Notes under the pieces: generated by a model
Databases searched by the model: none
Told to the model about the DNA's origin: nothing
What the model saw: only the letters and a program-made list of their open reading frames with translations
Made by a program: the position numbers and the translations under genes
Part shown: positions 17,102 through 27,204 of the stretch, in pieces
Numbering within the stretch: the stretch's first letter is position 1
Layout of the letters: every line of letters starts with the position of its first letter
Assembly: GCA_900552885.1 (NCBI GenBank)
Contig: USBM01000001.1
Location: 1 to 31,437 of the forward strand
Direction of reading: 5' to 3'
DNA from: an uncultured Clostridium sp.
Lineage (GTDB): Bacteria; Bacillota; Clostridia; Lachnospirales; Lachnospiraceae
Length of the DNA: 31,437 nucleotides

Positions 17102-18463
17102 ATGAAGAAGATAGAGATTTCATTGAACAAAAAACAGATAATACTTCTTATCGTGAATATTGCACTGTTGCTTGCCTATGTGGTACTGACGATAGTCTCA
17201 CACAAGCAGACCGAGGGGTTACTTTCCCAGCAGGAGGCAGCACGGTGGGAGAATGGTAAGATGTCCTATGCACAGGTGAGCGCATTTATCTCACCGGGCA
17301 GGCAGACCGGAGCAGAGGAACTGGCATCTGTCCGAAGCGCAATCGCGACGAAGCTTACTAAGGATTCTTACAGTGAGTCTAAGACCGGTGGAAGAGTCTG
17401 GATCGATGGATACAGCGGAGAAGTTCAGGCAGCGATCCGCAAGGATACCAATACGTTGAATGTTACCGCAGTCGGAGTGGGTGGTAATTTCTTTCAGTTT
17501 CATCCAATGGAATTGTTGTCCGGCAGTTATATATCGGATGATGATCTCAATAATGACCGTGTGGTTGTAGATGAGAATCTGGCATGGGCATTATATGGTT
17601 CCAATGATATTGTAGGCATGCAGTTATGGATGAACAATACGATCTATACGGTAGCCGGGGTTGTGAAAGTGCCGGAAGATGGGTTGGAGAAGACGGCATA
17701 TGGCAATTCGAACCGGATCTATATGCCATATGATCAGTTGAAAACACAGCAGGATTCCTTAAGTATTACCTGTTATGAAGTGGTACTGCCGAATCCGATC
17801 AGTAATTATGCATATTATACGGTTCGCAGTGCATTTGGATTCTCGGAAGAAGAGGAAGAACAGCTTGATCAGGAAGAGAATCCATTGTGCTTTGATAATG
17901 CAGAGATCTTAGAGAATAGTAACCGGTTTGAGTTGATGCCGATGCTTACAAAACTGAAGCAGTGGAGGTTGCGTAGTATGAGGGCAAGTTCCATTGGATA
18001 TCCGTATTGGGAGAACATTGCCCGTTCAGTAGAGGATGAAGAGATGATCCTTTTGATCTTCCGCATTCTCGTATTGATCTGTCCGGTTGTGTGTCTGGTT
18101 GGATTGCTGTGGCATCTGTGGAGACACCGGAAGTGGACGGTGAAAGGGATTTGCGGCAAGGGGGTTGACCGGATCCGTGAGAAACAGGAAGCACGTCGGG
18201 AAGAGAAGCTTCGTATAGCAGAAGAAGAGAAACAGCTCGAAGAGGATGCAGACGAAGATCTGGATAATTTTGAAGATACCGACCGGGAACTGGTAGCAGG
18301 GACTGCGGCGGCTGAAGAAGCAGAACAGAAGTCAGAAGAAAAGACAGATTCGGAAGAGTATATTGATATTACACCGGATGATGTTGAAGAGCGTAAAGAA
18401 GAGTCGGACAACGAAGAGCTACAGTTACAGGCAGTTACCGATGAAGAGCTGTTTCAGAAATGA
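17102..18463 (+). CDS. MacB-like extracellular core domain membrane protein (two TM, acidic tail)
   Basis: AVGVGGNFFQFHPMELLSGSYIS..DRVVVDENLAWALYGSNDIVG..YTVAGVV..IYMPY, typical of the MacB periplasmic core. Confidence 0.82.
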   Translation: MKKIEISLNKKQIILLIVNIALLLAYVVLTIVSHKQTEGLLSQQEAARWENGKMSYAQVSAFISPGRQTGAEELASVRSAIATKLTKDSYSESKTGGRVWIDGYSGEVQAAIRKDTNTLNVTAVGVGGNFFQFHPMELLSGSYISDDDLNNDRVVVDENLAWALYGSNDIVGMQLWMNNTIYTVAGVVKVPEDGLEKTAYGNSNRIYMPYDQLKTQQDSLSITCYEVVLPNPISNYAYYTVRSAFGFSEEEEEQLDQEENPLCFDNAEILENSNRFELMPMLTKLKQWRLRSMRASSIGYPYWENIARSVEDEEMILLIFRILVLICPVVCLVGLLWHLWRHRKWTVKGICGKGVDRIREKQEARREEKLRIAEEEKQLEEDADEDLDNFEDTDRELVAGTAAAEEAEQKSEEKTDSEEYIDITPDDVEERKEESDNEELQLQAVTDEELFQK

Positions 18464-18499
18464 GGATAACCAATAAAAGAAAGTATAATATAAAAAATA

Positions 18500-18541
18500 A
18501 AAAGATACCTCCCTGAGCTTTAGCTCTGGGGGGTATCTTTT
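18500..18541. terminator. Bidirectional intrinsic terminator
   Basis: AAAAGATACCTCC-GAGCT/AGCTC-GGGGGTATCTTTT between convergent genes. Confidence 0.85.
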
Positions 18542-18567
18542 GCAAACTTTAATTCCGAAAGATAGGC

Positions 18568-19503
18568 TCAATATCCAAAATATTCATCAATGCCGGAAAC
18601 AATCCCTTTTGCTAATTTCTTCTGGTAGGATTTCTTGTTAAGGAGACGATCTTCCGTAGGATTTGTCATAAAGCCAACTTCAATCAAAGTAACAGGCATG
18701 GAAGCCCAGTTGCTGCCGGACAGATCGTTTCTTACAAACAGACCACGGTTATAGGTTCCTGCTTCCTCACACATATTGTTGAGAATACATTTGGAAAGCT
18801 TCTTGCATTTCTTGCTCAGTTTTCCGTTATATGGATTAGCGGAAGAAGGATAGAGGGCAGAAGCTCCACGTGCAGAGCCGGAAGCAGCGGCATCTACATG
18901 AAGCCGGACGAAGATATCTGCATCAGCATCATTGGCAACCATGGCACGTTCTTTGCAACTGATCGCATGTTTGGAGTCCTTGCGGGTAAGAATGACTTCA
19001 TACCCCTTTTTCTCTAAGAGAGTCTGTATCCGTTTGGCAAGGGTCAGGGTGAATTGATACTCGTAAATTCCGCTTACTATGCCACGGGTTCCGACTGCGT
19101 CCTTTGCTTTTTTTGTAGAGGCGCCGGGACCGATCGGCTCTGTTCCTCCGGTCATCCTGGCAGAGTGGCCGGGATCAAGGCAAATGATCTTCTTTCCGAT
19201 AATATCCACATTGGTAGAGGCGGAGATGGCGCCGCTTTGTGCGATTACTTTTACAGAACCGGTCGTCTTTGCAGTGAGCTGTCCGTCTTCGGTAATCGTT
19301 GCAACAGATTCGTCAGATACGGAATAGGTAACCGGGGAATTGTCATCGGTTGCTGCCCGGAATGTAAAAGTGTTTCCGACCTTGAGATTATCCTTTACCT
19401 GTGTGAAGGCAATCGTTGATGCCTGCGCATGAACCGGCATGCCGGGTATCCACAACAGGATTCCGATAAGCACGGTAATCCATAATACATATTGTTTTTT
19501 CAT
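18568..19503 (-). CDS. N-acetylmuramoyl-L-alanine amidase (Amidase_3) with N-terminal Ig-like (Big_2) domain
   Basis: Signal peptide; YSVSDESVATITEDG; ICLDPGH, YEVILTR, RLHVD, LIEVGFMTNPTE; AGGAGG RBS. Confidence 0.93.
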   Translation of the reverse strand: MKKQYVLWITVLIGILLWIPGMPVHAQASTIAFTQVKDNLKVGNTFTFRAATDDNSPVTYSVSDESVATITEDGQLTAKTTGSVKVIAQSGAISASTNVDIIGKKIICLDPGHSARMTGGTEPIGPGASTKKAKDAVGTRGIVSGIYEYQFTLTLAKRIQTLLEKKGYEVILTRKDSKHAISCKERAMVANDADADIFVRLHVDAAASGSARGASALYPSSANPYNGKLSKKCKKLSKCILNNMCEEAGTYNRGLFVRNDLSGSNWASMPVTLIEVGFMTNPTEDRLLNKKSYQKKLAKGIVSGIDEYFGY

Positions 19504-19625
19504 AACGTCCTCCTGATTTTTGAATGTACTAAGAAAAATGTAGCATGTTTTGAGGTATTACGCAATAAGGCATTTGATTCGGAACAAACCGGATAGAAAA
19601 TGGCATAAAATTATGGGAGTAAATG

Positions 19626-19655
19626 TTGATTTTTTATAGTATAATGGGATATAAT
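19626..19655 (+). promoter_or_regulatory. Sigma-A promoter for tetR
   Basis: TTGATT-18 bp-TATAAT. Confidence 0.6.
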
Positions 19656-19691
19656 ATCGAGAAGTATCATATGAAATTATAGGAGTGACCA

Positions 19692-20342
19692 ATGAGTAAA
19701 ACAGAAAATCAAAAAGTAAAGGAAAATGTACGCAGAAAGAAAATATTAGATGTAGCATTTCAGATCTTTGTAGAGAAGAAGATAGAATCTGTCAGCATGG
19801 GTGAGATTGCACAGGCGGCAGGGATTGGAAGAGCGACGTTATTTCGCTGCTATTCGAACAAGTTAGAGCTGGTGATCGCGGTCTGTACGGCACAGTGGAA
19901 GGCATATTTTGACGAGCTGGACGCAAAGCGCCCGTTGACAGCGATCGGAGATATTCCGGCGATTGACCGGTTTACCTTTACCTTAGACAGTTATATTGAC
20001 ATGTATCAGCATCATAAAGAGTTATTGCAATATAACGATAATTTTAATCATTATGTAACGCATGAGGGTGTGAAGCCGGAGCAGTTGGAAGCATTTCATG
20101 CGGCACTGCAATCGGCAAACACCAGATTTCATCTGATGTATGAGAAGGCAAAGGAAGATAGGACATTCCGGACGGATATTCCGGAGAAGGAATTCTTCCG
20201 GGTAACGCTTCATCCGATGATGGCAGCCTGTGCGCATTATGCAGGAGGTTTTATCTGGGGAGCGGAGAATGATAAGGATTATACGCCGGAACTGCTGCGG
20301 CAGAAAGATATGATATTGAATTATGTGACAATGTCAGAGTAA
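19692..20342 (+). CDS. TetR/AcrR family transcriptional regulator
   Basis: ILDVAFQIFVEKKIESVSMGEIAQAAGIGRATLFR..SNKLEL HTH; AGGAG RBS. Confidence 0.93.
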   Translation: MSKTENQKVKENVRRKKILDVAFQIFVEKKIESVSMGEIAQAAGIGRATLFRCYSNKLELVIAVCTAQWKAYFDELDAKRPLTAIGDIPAIDRFTFTLDSYIDMYQHHKELLQYNDNFNHYVTHEGVKPEQLEAFHAALQSANTRFHLMYEKAKEDRTFRTDIPEKEFFRVTLHPMMAACAHYAGGFIWGAENDKDYTPELLRQKDMILNYVTMSE

Positions 20343-20359
20343 TAGAATCGTTCAAAAAT

Positions 20360-20391
20360 AACAAGGCTTCGCAATTTTGCGGAGCCTTGTT
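20360..20391 (+). terminator. Intrinsic terminator after tetR
   Basis: AACAAGGCTTCGCAA/TTGCGGAGCCTTGTT. Confidence 0.8.
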
Positions 20392-20543
20392 GCTATATAG
20401 TTTAGTCTTACGGTGTCAATTCTTCGTTCAGTCATAAAGCAGACCCGTTAATCATGATTTGGCATATTGCACAGAGCATTTTGGTACATGTTCCAAAAGT
20501 ATGCAAGATCGGACTTTGCAACGGATCATATGGATTTTGTTCA

Positions 20544-20573
20544 TTGACTTTTGGTAGAACACTATATTATAAT
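20544..20573 (+). promoter_or_regulatory. Sigma-A promoter for the large surface protein gene
   Basis: TTGACT-18 bp-TATAAT. Confidence 0.65.
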
Positions 20574-20675
20574 ATTGAGATATACAGTATCATAATGGAA
20601 ACGATAAGAAGAGGGAAAGTAAATGTAACAGCAATAAGGAATGTTGATAGAGACATGCAGGAAAGGGAGGAAACT

Positions 20676-23600
20676 ATGATAAAAAGAGAAAGAGTGCAAA
20701 GAATATTGGGAAAAGTGCGAGTATGCGGAATGCTTATGGCAGGAGTGATACTAGGATGTGGGAATGTAACGGTGCAGGCAGCATCGGTTACGGTTGGAGC
20801 TTTTACAGTTACAGGTGGGGTAGAGAACGAGGATTATAGCTATGATAATAATACGCTGACAATTAAGACGGCCACACCGTTAACCATTAAGAATACGGAT
20901 CCGGATACAGCGACGAAAACAGACCATATATTCATAGAATCAGGGGTATCGGCAAATGTTACGTTAGCCGGCGTGAATATTGAGATTATGAGCATGTCGC
21001 CGTTAGAGATCGCGGAGAATAGTACGGGAGATGTTACGATTGAATTAGCAGATAATACTACAAATAGGCTGGTGTGCAAATACTCTAATAATTTTGCTTT
21101 TGCAGCTATACAGAAAAATGGTGACTATTCAGAAAGTCTTGGAAAGCTTACAATTCAGTGTGCACATGTGAACGAACAGGGGCATACATGTTCAGAAGTC
21201 TGCGGACGATTGTATGCAAAGGGATGTTCAGCAGGAGCTGGAATTGGTGGAAAAGCCGGACAACCCAGTGCAAATATAAATATTACCGGAGGAATTATTG
21301 AAGCAGATGGTAATAATTTTGCGGCCGGGATCGGTGGTGGTAGTATGGGATCTGCATCTCATATTATGATAAATGGAGGCCGTGTAACTGCCAAAGGTGG
21401 GAATGGCGCTGCGATCGGAGGGGGATGGAGAGGTAGTGGTAATGATATACAGGTGCTGCGGGGAATTGTTGACGCATACGCTGTTCAAGGTTGTGGAATC
21501 GGGGCAGGAGATGGTGGAACGAGTGAGAATATCACAATAGCAGGAGGTTCCGTAAAGGCGACGTCGGCTCAGGGAAGGGGAATCGGTGCTCAAAATGATT
21601 CAAACAATATTAAAATCACCGGGGGGTCAGTGAATGCTGCGGTGGTAGGATCTATACCGGTGGATGCGAAAGGAGAAGCGGTTTATCTTCTTAAGACATT
21701 TGAAAACAGTTCTGGAGCGGCTGTATATATTGATGGGGAATGTTATCCGATGACGCAGCATGATGAAGGTGATCCCTGCCTTTATGTATGGCTTCCGGAA
21801 GGAAACCATACGGTTCAGGTGGAGGAACAAACAAAAAAATATATATATGTTGAGGAAGAGGGGCATGGCAAGTTCGTTACTGCAACAGATGCAGGTACAG
21901 ATTTTGTTGTATCGGCAACGGATGCAGATGATGAGATTATAGCAAATGAAGATTATCTATATTATAACGGACGACTGATTATACAGTCGGATAAAGCAAT
22001 GACGATCCGTAATGCGGATCCGAGTACAGCGACATCCGATACAATCATAATTGCAAAGAACATTGCCGCCAATATAACATTGGCTGATGTGAATATTAAG
22101 GTTACCGGCTCACCGGCATTATCCGTCAGGGCAGGTAATACGTCAGATCATAGAGTTACGTTAAAAAAAGGAACCGTAAATACTTTCACAAGTCCGGATA
22201 ATTCAGGAATACAGATGAATGGAAATGGAACACTTACTATTGCATGTGATGATAATACAGCAGGTCATGAATGTAGTGATGCGTGCGGAAAGTTATATGC
22301 AAATCAAAAATATATCGATAATGGGTGTCCCGGAATTGAATTGTGTGCCGGAAAATTAAAGATAGATGGAGGCGTTATTACCGCTTGTGCATATTATGGA
22401 GCGGCAATCGGTACGAGTCAATCTTCAAGGAGCAATGCAGATATTACAATTAATGGTGGCATTGTAGATGCAAAATCGTATTTTTCCGGAGCTGCAATTG
22501 GAGCCGGGGCGTCCGCAGCAGGTGTAACGGTTGCGATACATGGTGGTGTGATTAATGCATGGTCTAGGGCAGGGCGGGCAATTGGAGCAGCCGGTAGCGG
22601 ACGTGCGGATATCGTAATATCAGGCGGTGTAATTAATGCTACAACGGGAGAAAAAAATCCGGCTGCAATAGGAAATGCAAAAGAGAATGCCAATATCGTG
22701 ATCAGTGGCGGGTCCGTATATGCAAAGGTATACGATTCAGATGACAAGGCATTTAGCAGCTCTCCGGTGGATGAGCAGGGAAGACAGGTTTACCTGATGA
22801 CGATTGATAATCAGGAAAAGGCGCCGGTGTTTATTGATGATAAGGTGTATCCGGTGAATACAACTCTTTATGCATATTTAAATGCAGAGGAGATACATAA
22901 GATACAGATTGGGGACAATGTAGGATATTATGGATACAGTACGACGAAAGGAAAGTTCCTGCAGGCACCCAGCAAAGAGGATTTTACAGTAACCCTGCCG
23001 GAGAATTCTACATATGATGGGAAGGCAAAGGAAGTAACAGTTCAGATAAAGAATGTGGATATTTCGGAAGAACAGATAACGGTACAGTACCGTGATAGTA
23101 AAGGACAGGTGCTTACACAGGCACCCGTGAATGCAGGTACCTATGCAGTGGAGATTGTGGTGGCAGAAGGAGATAATAACGGTGCCGGAATTCTGGAATT
23201 GACAACATTTGAGATTGTACAGGCAGAGCTTCCGGATGCTCCGGTGCAGGTTGTTATACTGGACAAGGATAAGCTGGTATACGATGGAAGGAAGAAAGAG
23301 GTAACAATTCAGACAGATCTGAATATAGGAACAGATGTCGAAGTAACATATTATCAGGACGGAGTAGTAACAGATCCTGTTTATGCGGGGGATTATACGT
23401 TTCAAGTGACTATTCCGGAAGGTGGTAATTATCACAGCAAGACATTGACGTCAGAGGACTGGAGATTTACGGTTACACGTGCAGTCCTGAAGAAAGAGAA
23501 TCTTACTGTGAAGGCACCGGAACAATTGACATATGATGGAACGAAGAAGAATGTATCATTAAGTGCATCATCCGCATGTAAAAGTGGAATGGGATCTGTT

Positions 23601-26600
23601 ACAGTCAAATATTACAATGAATCCGGACAGGAAACAGACCCTGTATCAGCAGGAAGCTATACGGTTGGGATTGAAGTAACGGAAGGAAAGGGATATGAGG
23701 CGACACAGGAAGTTCTTACATCAGAGGACTGGACATTCACGATAGAGTGGGCAATCTTGTCGGCAAGTGATTTTGCGGTTCGGTTACCGGAGCCAGAATA
23801 TGATGGGAAAGGAAAGGCAGTAACGGTTACACCGGCAGATGCAGTAAAAGGTGCAGGCATAGGTCAGGTAACAGTTCAATATTATGATGAGAGCGGAGAT
23901 AGCGTGGATGTTCCTGTACAGGTAGGAACATATACTTATACAATAGAGGTGACAGAGGGAGATGGATATAAGGCGACACAAGAAGCCATTACATCAGAGG
24001 ACTGGACATTTACAATTACTCAGTCAGACAAAGAGATTCCTGATACACCGGCAACTGTTATGACACCGGAACATGCCATAGTTAAAGTTGGTGATATCCA
24101 GTTGACGGAAGCATGGAGCTGGCTTGAGGAATATGAAGAGACTCTATTGGAAGATAACAAAACGATTACAGCAATAGCAGTTTATGACGGAGCGGATAAG
24201 GATAATTATGTATCAGCCAGACAGCGTGTTACGATTAAGATTACGAGGCAGCCTTGTGTTCACCAATATGGTGAAGTCACATATGAATGGGTGAATAGTA
24301 AAATGGCATGTACAGCAAGCATGACATGCGTAAATAAGGGCTGCATGGAAGAAGATAAAGATCATGATGTAACGGAAAGGCAGGAAGCAACGGTTACGGT
24401 TAGTGTAGAACCAACATGCGAAAAGGAAGGGGAGCGTATGTACACCGTTACATTTGATAATGAAAGGTTTGAAGCTCAAAGTACAACAAAAATTATTCCG
24501 GCATTAGGGCATGTGTATAGTAATGAGGATACGGTGGATAAAGAAGCAACCTGTACGGAAAAGGGAAGCAAGTCAAAGCATTGCAGCAGGAAGGACTGTA
24601 CTTCAACAAGGGATGAGAAGGAGATTGCAGCGTTAGGACATAATTGGAATAACGGTGTAATTACGACAGAGCCGACAACTGATACGGAAGGGGTTAAGAC
24701 GTATAGTTGTAGCAGATGTGAAGCAACGAGGACAGAAAGCGTTCCCAAGCTTGAGGATATTGTAGAAGAGACAGAGTTAGAGGGAAGCGGAACCAACGAG
24801 GATCCATGGATCATTAATAATTCAGAGGATCTGTGGACGTTTGCGAAGAAAATATATGAGTCGGAAACCAGAGAGGAATGTGCCAAGGTCGCAGACGGTG
24901 TAACAGAGATTGATACGACTGTCCGGGGAGATAAAAAGAACAGAAAGTGGAATCCGATTGCACAAAACAGACCTTATAAAGGGGTGTTTGATGGAAATGG
25001 TGCCAGGATTAGAATAGATACAGAACAAAAGAGGGATGCTTCTTATAGTGGATTATTTGCAGCGATAGGTGGATCCTGCGTTATCAAAAATGTGACAGTT
25101 GCAGGTAATATTATGGGAACAAATGCTGCAGGTGGTATCTGTGGTGAGGTTTACCATAATGCGGCAGTACAGATAATCAATTGTAACAATGAGGCGGATA
25201 TTACGACAACAGGTAGTTTTGCAGGTGGTCTGGTTGGTAATGCTGTAGGAGATACGAGTATTAAGTCAACGGGATCGATATATAATAAGGGAGCCATTCA
25301 GGGCCAGAATTGTGCTGGCGGAATTGTTGGTTCAGGAGATAATATTACAGTTACAGCAGAAGAAAGAATTATTAATGCGGGTGCAATAGCAGGAGTTGAT
25401 TGTGTTGGCGGTATTATCGGAGATGCAAAACAGAAAGAGATTGTTGCAGGAGGAGAAATCTGTAACCGAGGTAATGTAATTGGAACAGGGCAATATGTTG
25501 GTGGTATCTGTGGACGTTTAGAGGGAACGACAGTGCAGTCGGTTACCGATTCTATCCGGAACGAAGGAGAAGTGTCCGGGGTAGGTCGTGTCGGTGGAAT
25601 TGTTGGAAAATATATGGGGATTTCTGGATATAATTGTAAAATCGAGGCACAGAAGAGCATTCTGAATACGGGAAAGATTCGATCTGGGGGAGAATATGCC
25701 GGGGGAATCTGTAGTGACTGGCATGATAATAATACTAACATATCAGCGGAACAAGGGTATGTTCTCAATACAGGAGATGTGGAGGGGGATGCAGACAAGG
25801 TCGGTGGTGTTTTTGGTTCTATGCTATTTATGGAAAGGGATTGCGGTCGTTATGGAAACACAGGAAAGGTACAGAATAACGGAGGACGATATACGGGAGG
25901 AGTGATCGGGTATTGTATTGTGCCGGGATATTCCATCGTCAATGTCTTTAATGCAGGAGAGGTGATTACCGCAAATGCGGAAGCAGAATCTGTGGGAGGT
26001 ATTATTGGATACTTCAAAGGAAAGGATGTCAGGAATGCATATCATATGGCGTCATATCCTGCAATTGGTAATAGTGGAAATGAAATAAAAGATATGACAG
26101 GTGCGTTATACAATTGTTATTGTAAGGAACAGAATCAGACACCATGGAGTGGAGAGATCGTGAAGGCGTCGGAGGCGTATACATCTGGTGAAGTGGCATA
26201 TCTATTAGATGGTATTGGTTCGGAGAGGAATCATACGCTGTTCTGGGGTCAGGAGATTGGAAAAGAGGCATTTCCGTTACTTGGCGGAAAGATAGTTTAT
26301 CAGAACGGTGAGGTATATTCGAATACAAAGGAGAATTCAGATAACGAAAATCCGGTACCGGAACAACCAACAACACCGGAACAACCGACAACACCGGAAC
26401 AGCCGGCAACACCGGAACAGCCGGTTGTTAATCCGGAGAAGAAGGATGTGGTTGGAACAGATATGCCGGTCAAGCAGGGTGATGTAGTAAAGAATGAGAC
26501 GGTGAAAGCAACCTTTACGATTACTTCTACGGACAATAAAGAACCGTCGGTAGAATACACACAACCGGATGAAGCAGATAAGACAGTAATTATTCCGGAT

Positions 26601-26984
26601 ACTGTAACGATCAACGGCGTAGAATACAAAGTAACATCGATTGCAAAGAACGCATTTAAGAACAATAAACAGGTGACAGATGTATCGATCGGTAAGAACG
26701 TGACGAGTATCGGGGACAATGCATTTGCAGGGTGTAGAGCACTTAAGAAAGTTACAATTGCCGAAAATATGGTATCAATCGGGAAGAATGCTTTCAAAGG
26801 ATGTAAGAAATTAAAGACCATTACGGTTAAGTCAACCAAGCTTACCAAGAAGAGTATCAGGAAGGGTGCATTTAAGGGACTTTCTTCTAAGACGGTGATC
26901 AAAGTACCAAAGAAGAAGTTAAAGGCATATAAGAAGCTGTTCCGACAGAAGGGATTAAACAAAAAAGTGAAGATAATAAAATAA
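20676..26984 (+). CDS. ~2100-aa secreted mosaic surface protein/adhesin (Gly-rich beta-helix-like repeats, MBG-like Ig repeats, Cys/His repeats, GLUG-like repeats, BspA/LRR_5 C-terminus)
   Basis: GGGAGG RBS gives ATG 20676; signal peptide ..VQAA; GAGIGG/ITGG repeats; YDG..K..V..AGxY repeats; ATCTEKG; VGGI.G repeats; IGKNVTSIGDNAFAGC. Confidence 0.85.
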   Translation: MIKRERVQRILGKVRVCGMLMAGVILGCGNVTVQAASVTVGAFTVTGGVENEDYSYDNNTLTIKTATPLTIKNTDPDTATKTDHIFIESGVSANVTLAGVNIEIMSMSPLEIAENSTGDVTIELADNTTNRLVCKYSNNFAFAAIQKNGDYSESLGKLTIQCAHVNEQGHTCSEVCGRLYAKGCSAGAGIGGKAGQPSANINITGGIIEADGNNFAAGIGGGSMGSASHIMINGGRVTAKGGNGAAIGGGWRGSGNDIQVLRGIVDAYAVQGCGIGAGDGGTSENITIAGGSVKATSAQGRGIGAQNDSNNIKITGGSVNAAVVGSIPVDAKGEAVYLLKTFENSSGAAVYIDGECYPMTQHDEGDPCLYVWLPEGNHTVQVEEQTKKYIYVEEEGHGKFVTATDAGTDFVVSATDADDEIIANEDYLYYNGRLIIQSDKAMTIRNADPSTATSDTIIIAKNIAANITLADVNIKVTGSPALSVRAGNTSDHRVTLKKGTVNTFTSPDNSGIQMNGNGTLTIACDDNTAGHECSDACGKLYANQKYIDNGCPGIELCAGKLKIDGGVITACAYYGAAIGTSQSSRSNADITINGGIVDAKSYFSGAAIGAGASAAGVTVAIHGGVINAWSRAGRAIGAAGSGRADIVISGGVINATTGEKNPAAIGNAKENANIVISGGSVYAKVYDSDDKAFSSSPVDEQGRQVYLMTIDNQEKAPVFIDDKVYPVNTTLYAYLNAEEIHKIQIGDNVGYYGYSTTKGKFLQAPSKEDFTVTLPENSTYDGKAKEVTVQIKNVDISEEQITVQYRDSKGQVLTQAPVNAGTYAVEIVVAEGDNNGAGILELTTFEIVQAELPDAPVQVVILDKDKLVYDGRKKEVTIQTDLNIGTDVEVTYYQDGVVTDPVYAGDYTFQVTIPEGGNYHSKTLTSEDWRFTVTRAVLKKENLTVKAPEQLTYDGTKKNVSLSASSACKSGMGSVTVKYYNESGQETDPVSAGSYTVGIEVTEGKGYEATQEVLTSEDWTFTIEWAILSASDFAVRLPEPEYDGKGKAVTVTPADAVKGAGIGQVTVQYYDESGDSVDVPVQVGTYTYTIEVTEGDGYKATQEAITSEDWTFTITQSDKEIPDTPATVMTPEHAIVKVGDIQLTEAWSWLEEYEETLLEDNKTITAIAVYDGADKDNYVSARQRVTIKITRQPCVHQYGEVTYEWVNSKMACTASMTCVNKGCMEEDKDHDVTERQEATVTVSVEPTCEKEGERMYTVTFDNERFEAQSTTKIIPALGHVYSNEDTVDKEATCTEKGSKSKHCSRKDCTSTRDEKEIAALGHNWNNGVITTEPTTDTEGVKTYSCSRCEATRTESVPKLEDIVEETELEGSGTNEDPWIINNSEDLWTFAKKIYESETREECAKVADGVTEIDTTVRGDKKNRKWNPIAQNRPYKGVFDGNGARIRIDTEQKRDASYSGLFAAIGGSCVIKNVTVAGNIMGTNAAGGICGEVYHNAAVQIINCNNEADITTTGSFAGGLVGNAVGDTSIKSTGSIYNKGAIQGQNCAGGIVGSGDNITVTAEERIINAGAIAGVDCVGGIIGDAKQKEIVAGGEICNRGNVIGTGQYVGGICGRLEGTTVQSVTDSIRNEGEVSGVGRVGGIVGKYMGISGYNCKIEAQKSILNTGKIRSGGEYAGGICSDWHDNNTNISAEQGYVLNTGDVEGDADKVGGVFGSMLFMERDCGRYGNTGKVQNNGGRYTGGVIGYCIVPGYSIVNVFNAGEVITANAEAESVGGIIGYFKGKDVRNAYHMASYPAIGNSGNEIKDMTGALYNCYCKEQNQTPWSGEIVKASEAYTSGEVAYLLDGIGSERNHTLFWGQEIGKEAFPLLGGKIVYQNGEVYSNTKENSDNENPVPEQPTTPEQPTTPEQPATPEQPVVNPEKKDVVGTDMPVKQGDVVKNETVKATFTITSTDNKEPSVEYTQPDEADKTVIIPDTVTINGVEYKVTSIAKNAFKNNKQVTDVSIGKNVTSIGDNAFAGCRALKKVTIAENMVSIGKNAFKGCKKLKTITVKSTKLTKKSIRKGAFKGLSSKTVIKVPKKKLKAYKKLFRQKGLNKKVKIIK
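26358..26423 (+). repeat. 18-bp tandem repeat x3.7 encoding a PEQPTT linker
   Basis: CCGGAACA(A/G)CC at 26358, 26376, 26394 and 26412. Confidence 0.9.
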
Positions 26985-26997
26985 GGGTATCGGTTAG

Positions 26998-27038
26998 AAG
27001 GAGCTGTTGACAAGGAGATTCGCGGACAGCTCCTTTTC
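26998..27038 (+). terminator. Intrinsic terminator after the surface protein gene
   Basis: AAGGAGCTGT/ACAGCTCCTT followed by T-run. Confidence 0.7.
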
Positions 27039-27060
27039 CTGTTCCGGGTGTAAATAAGGA

Positions 27061-27090
27061 TTGATTATTTGCATGTAATTCGACTATAAT
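27061..27090 (+). promoter_or_regulatory. Sigma-A promoter for the MATE gene
   Basis: TTGATT-18 bp-TATAAT. Confidence 0.55.
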
Positions 27091-27204
27091 ATAGGTCATG
27101 TTTAGAGGAGTCGGAAATATATATTTTTGACTGACAGGGGGATGATAAAAAATAGTGAGAAAAGTGCGAAGCATTTTACGAACTTTAACAACAGGAGTAG
27201 AACG

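Noticed and set aside
20484..20494. LexA (Cheo) box upstream of the adhesin gene
   Set aside because: GTAC-N2-GTTC does not match the GAAC-N4-GTTC spacing
20454..20675. N-terminal extension of the 2176-aa ORF (similarly 240, 2199, 4680, 11003, 14526, 27127, 28662)
   Set aside because: Downstream starts have clear RBSs, stop/start overlaps or signal peptides; several extensions run through promoter sequence
26300..27013. 237-aa antisense ORF and other long shadow ORFs (e.g. 17869-18411, 3447-4001, 22878-23435)
   Set aside because: Antisense to well-supported genes with biased codon usage; no independent motifs
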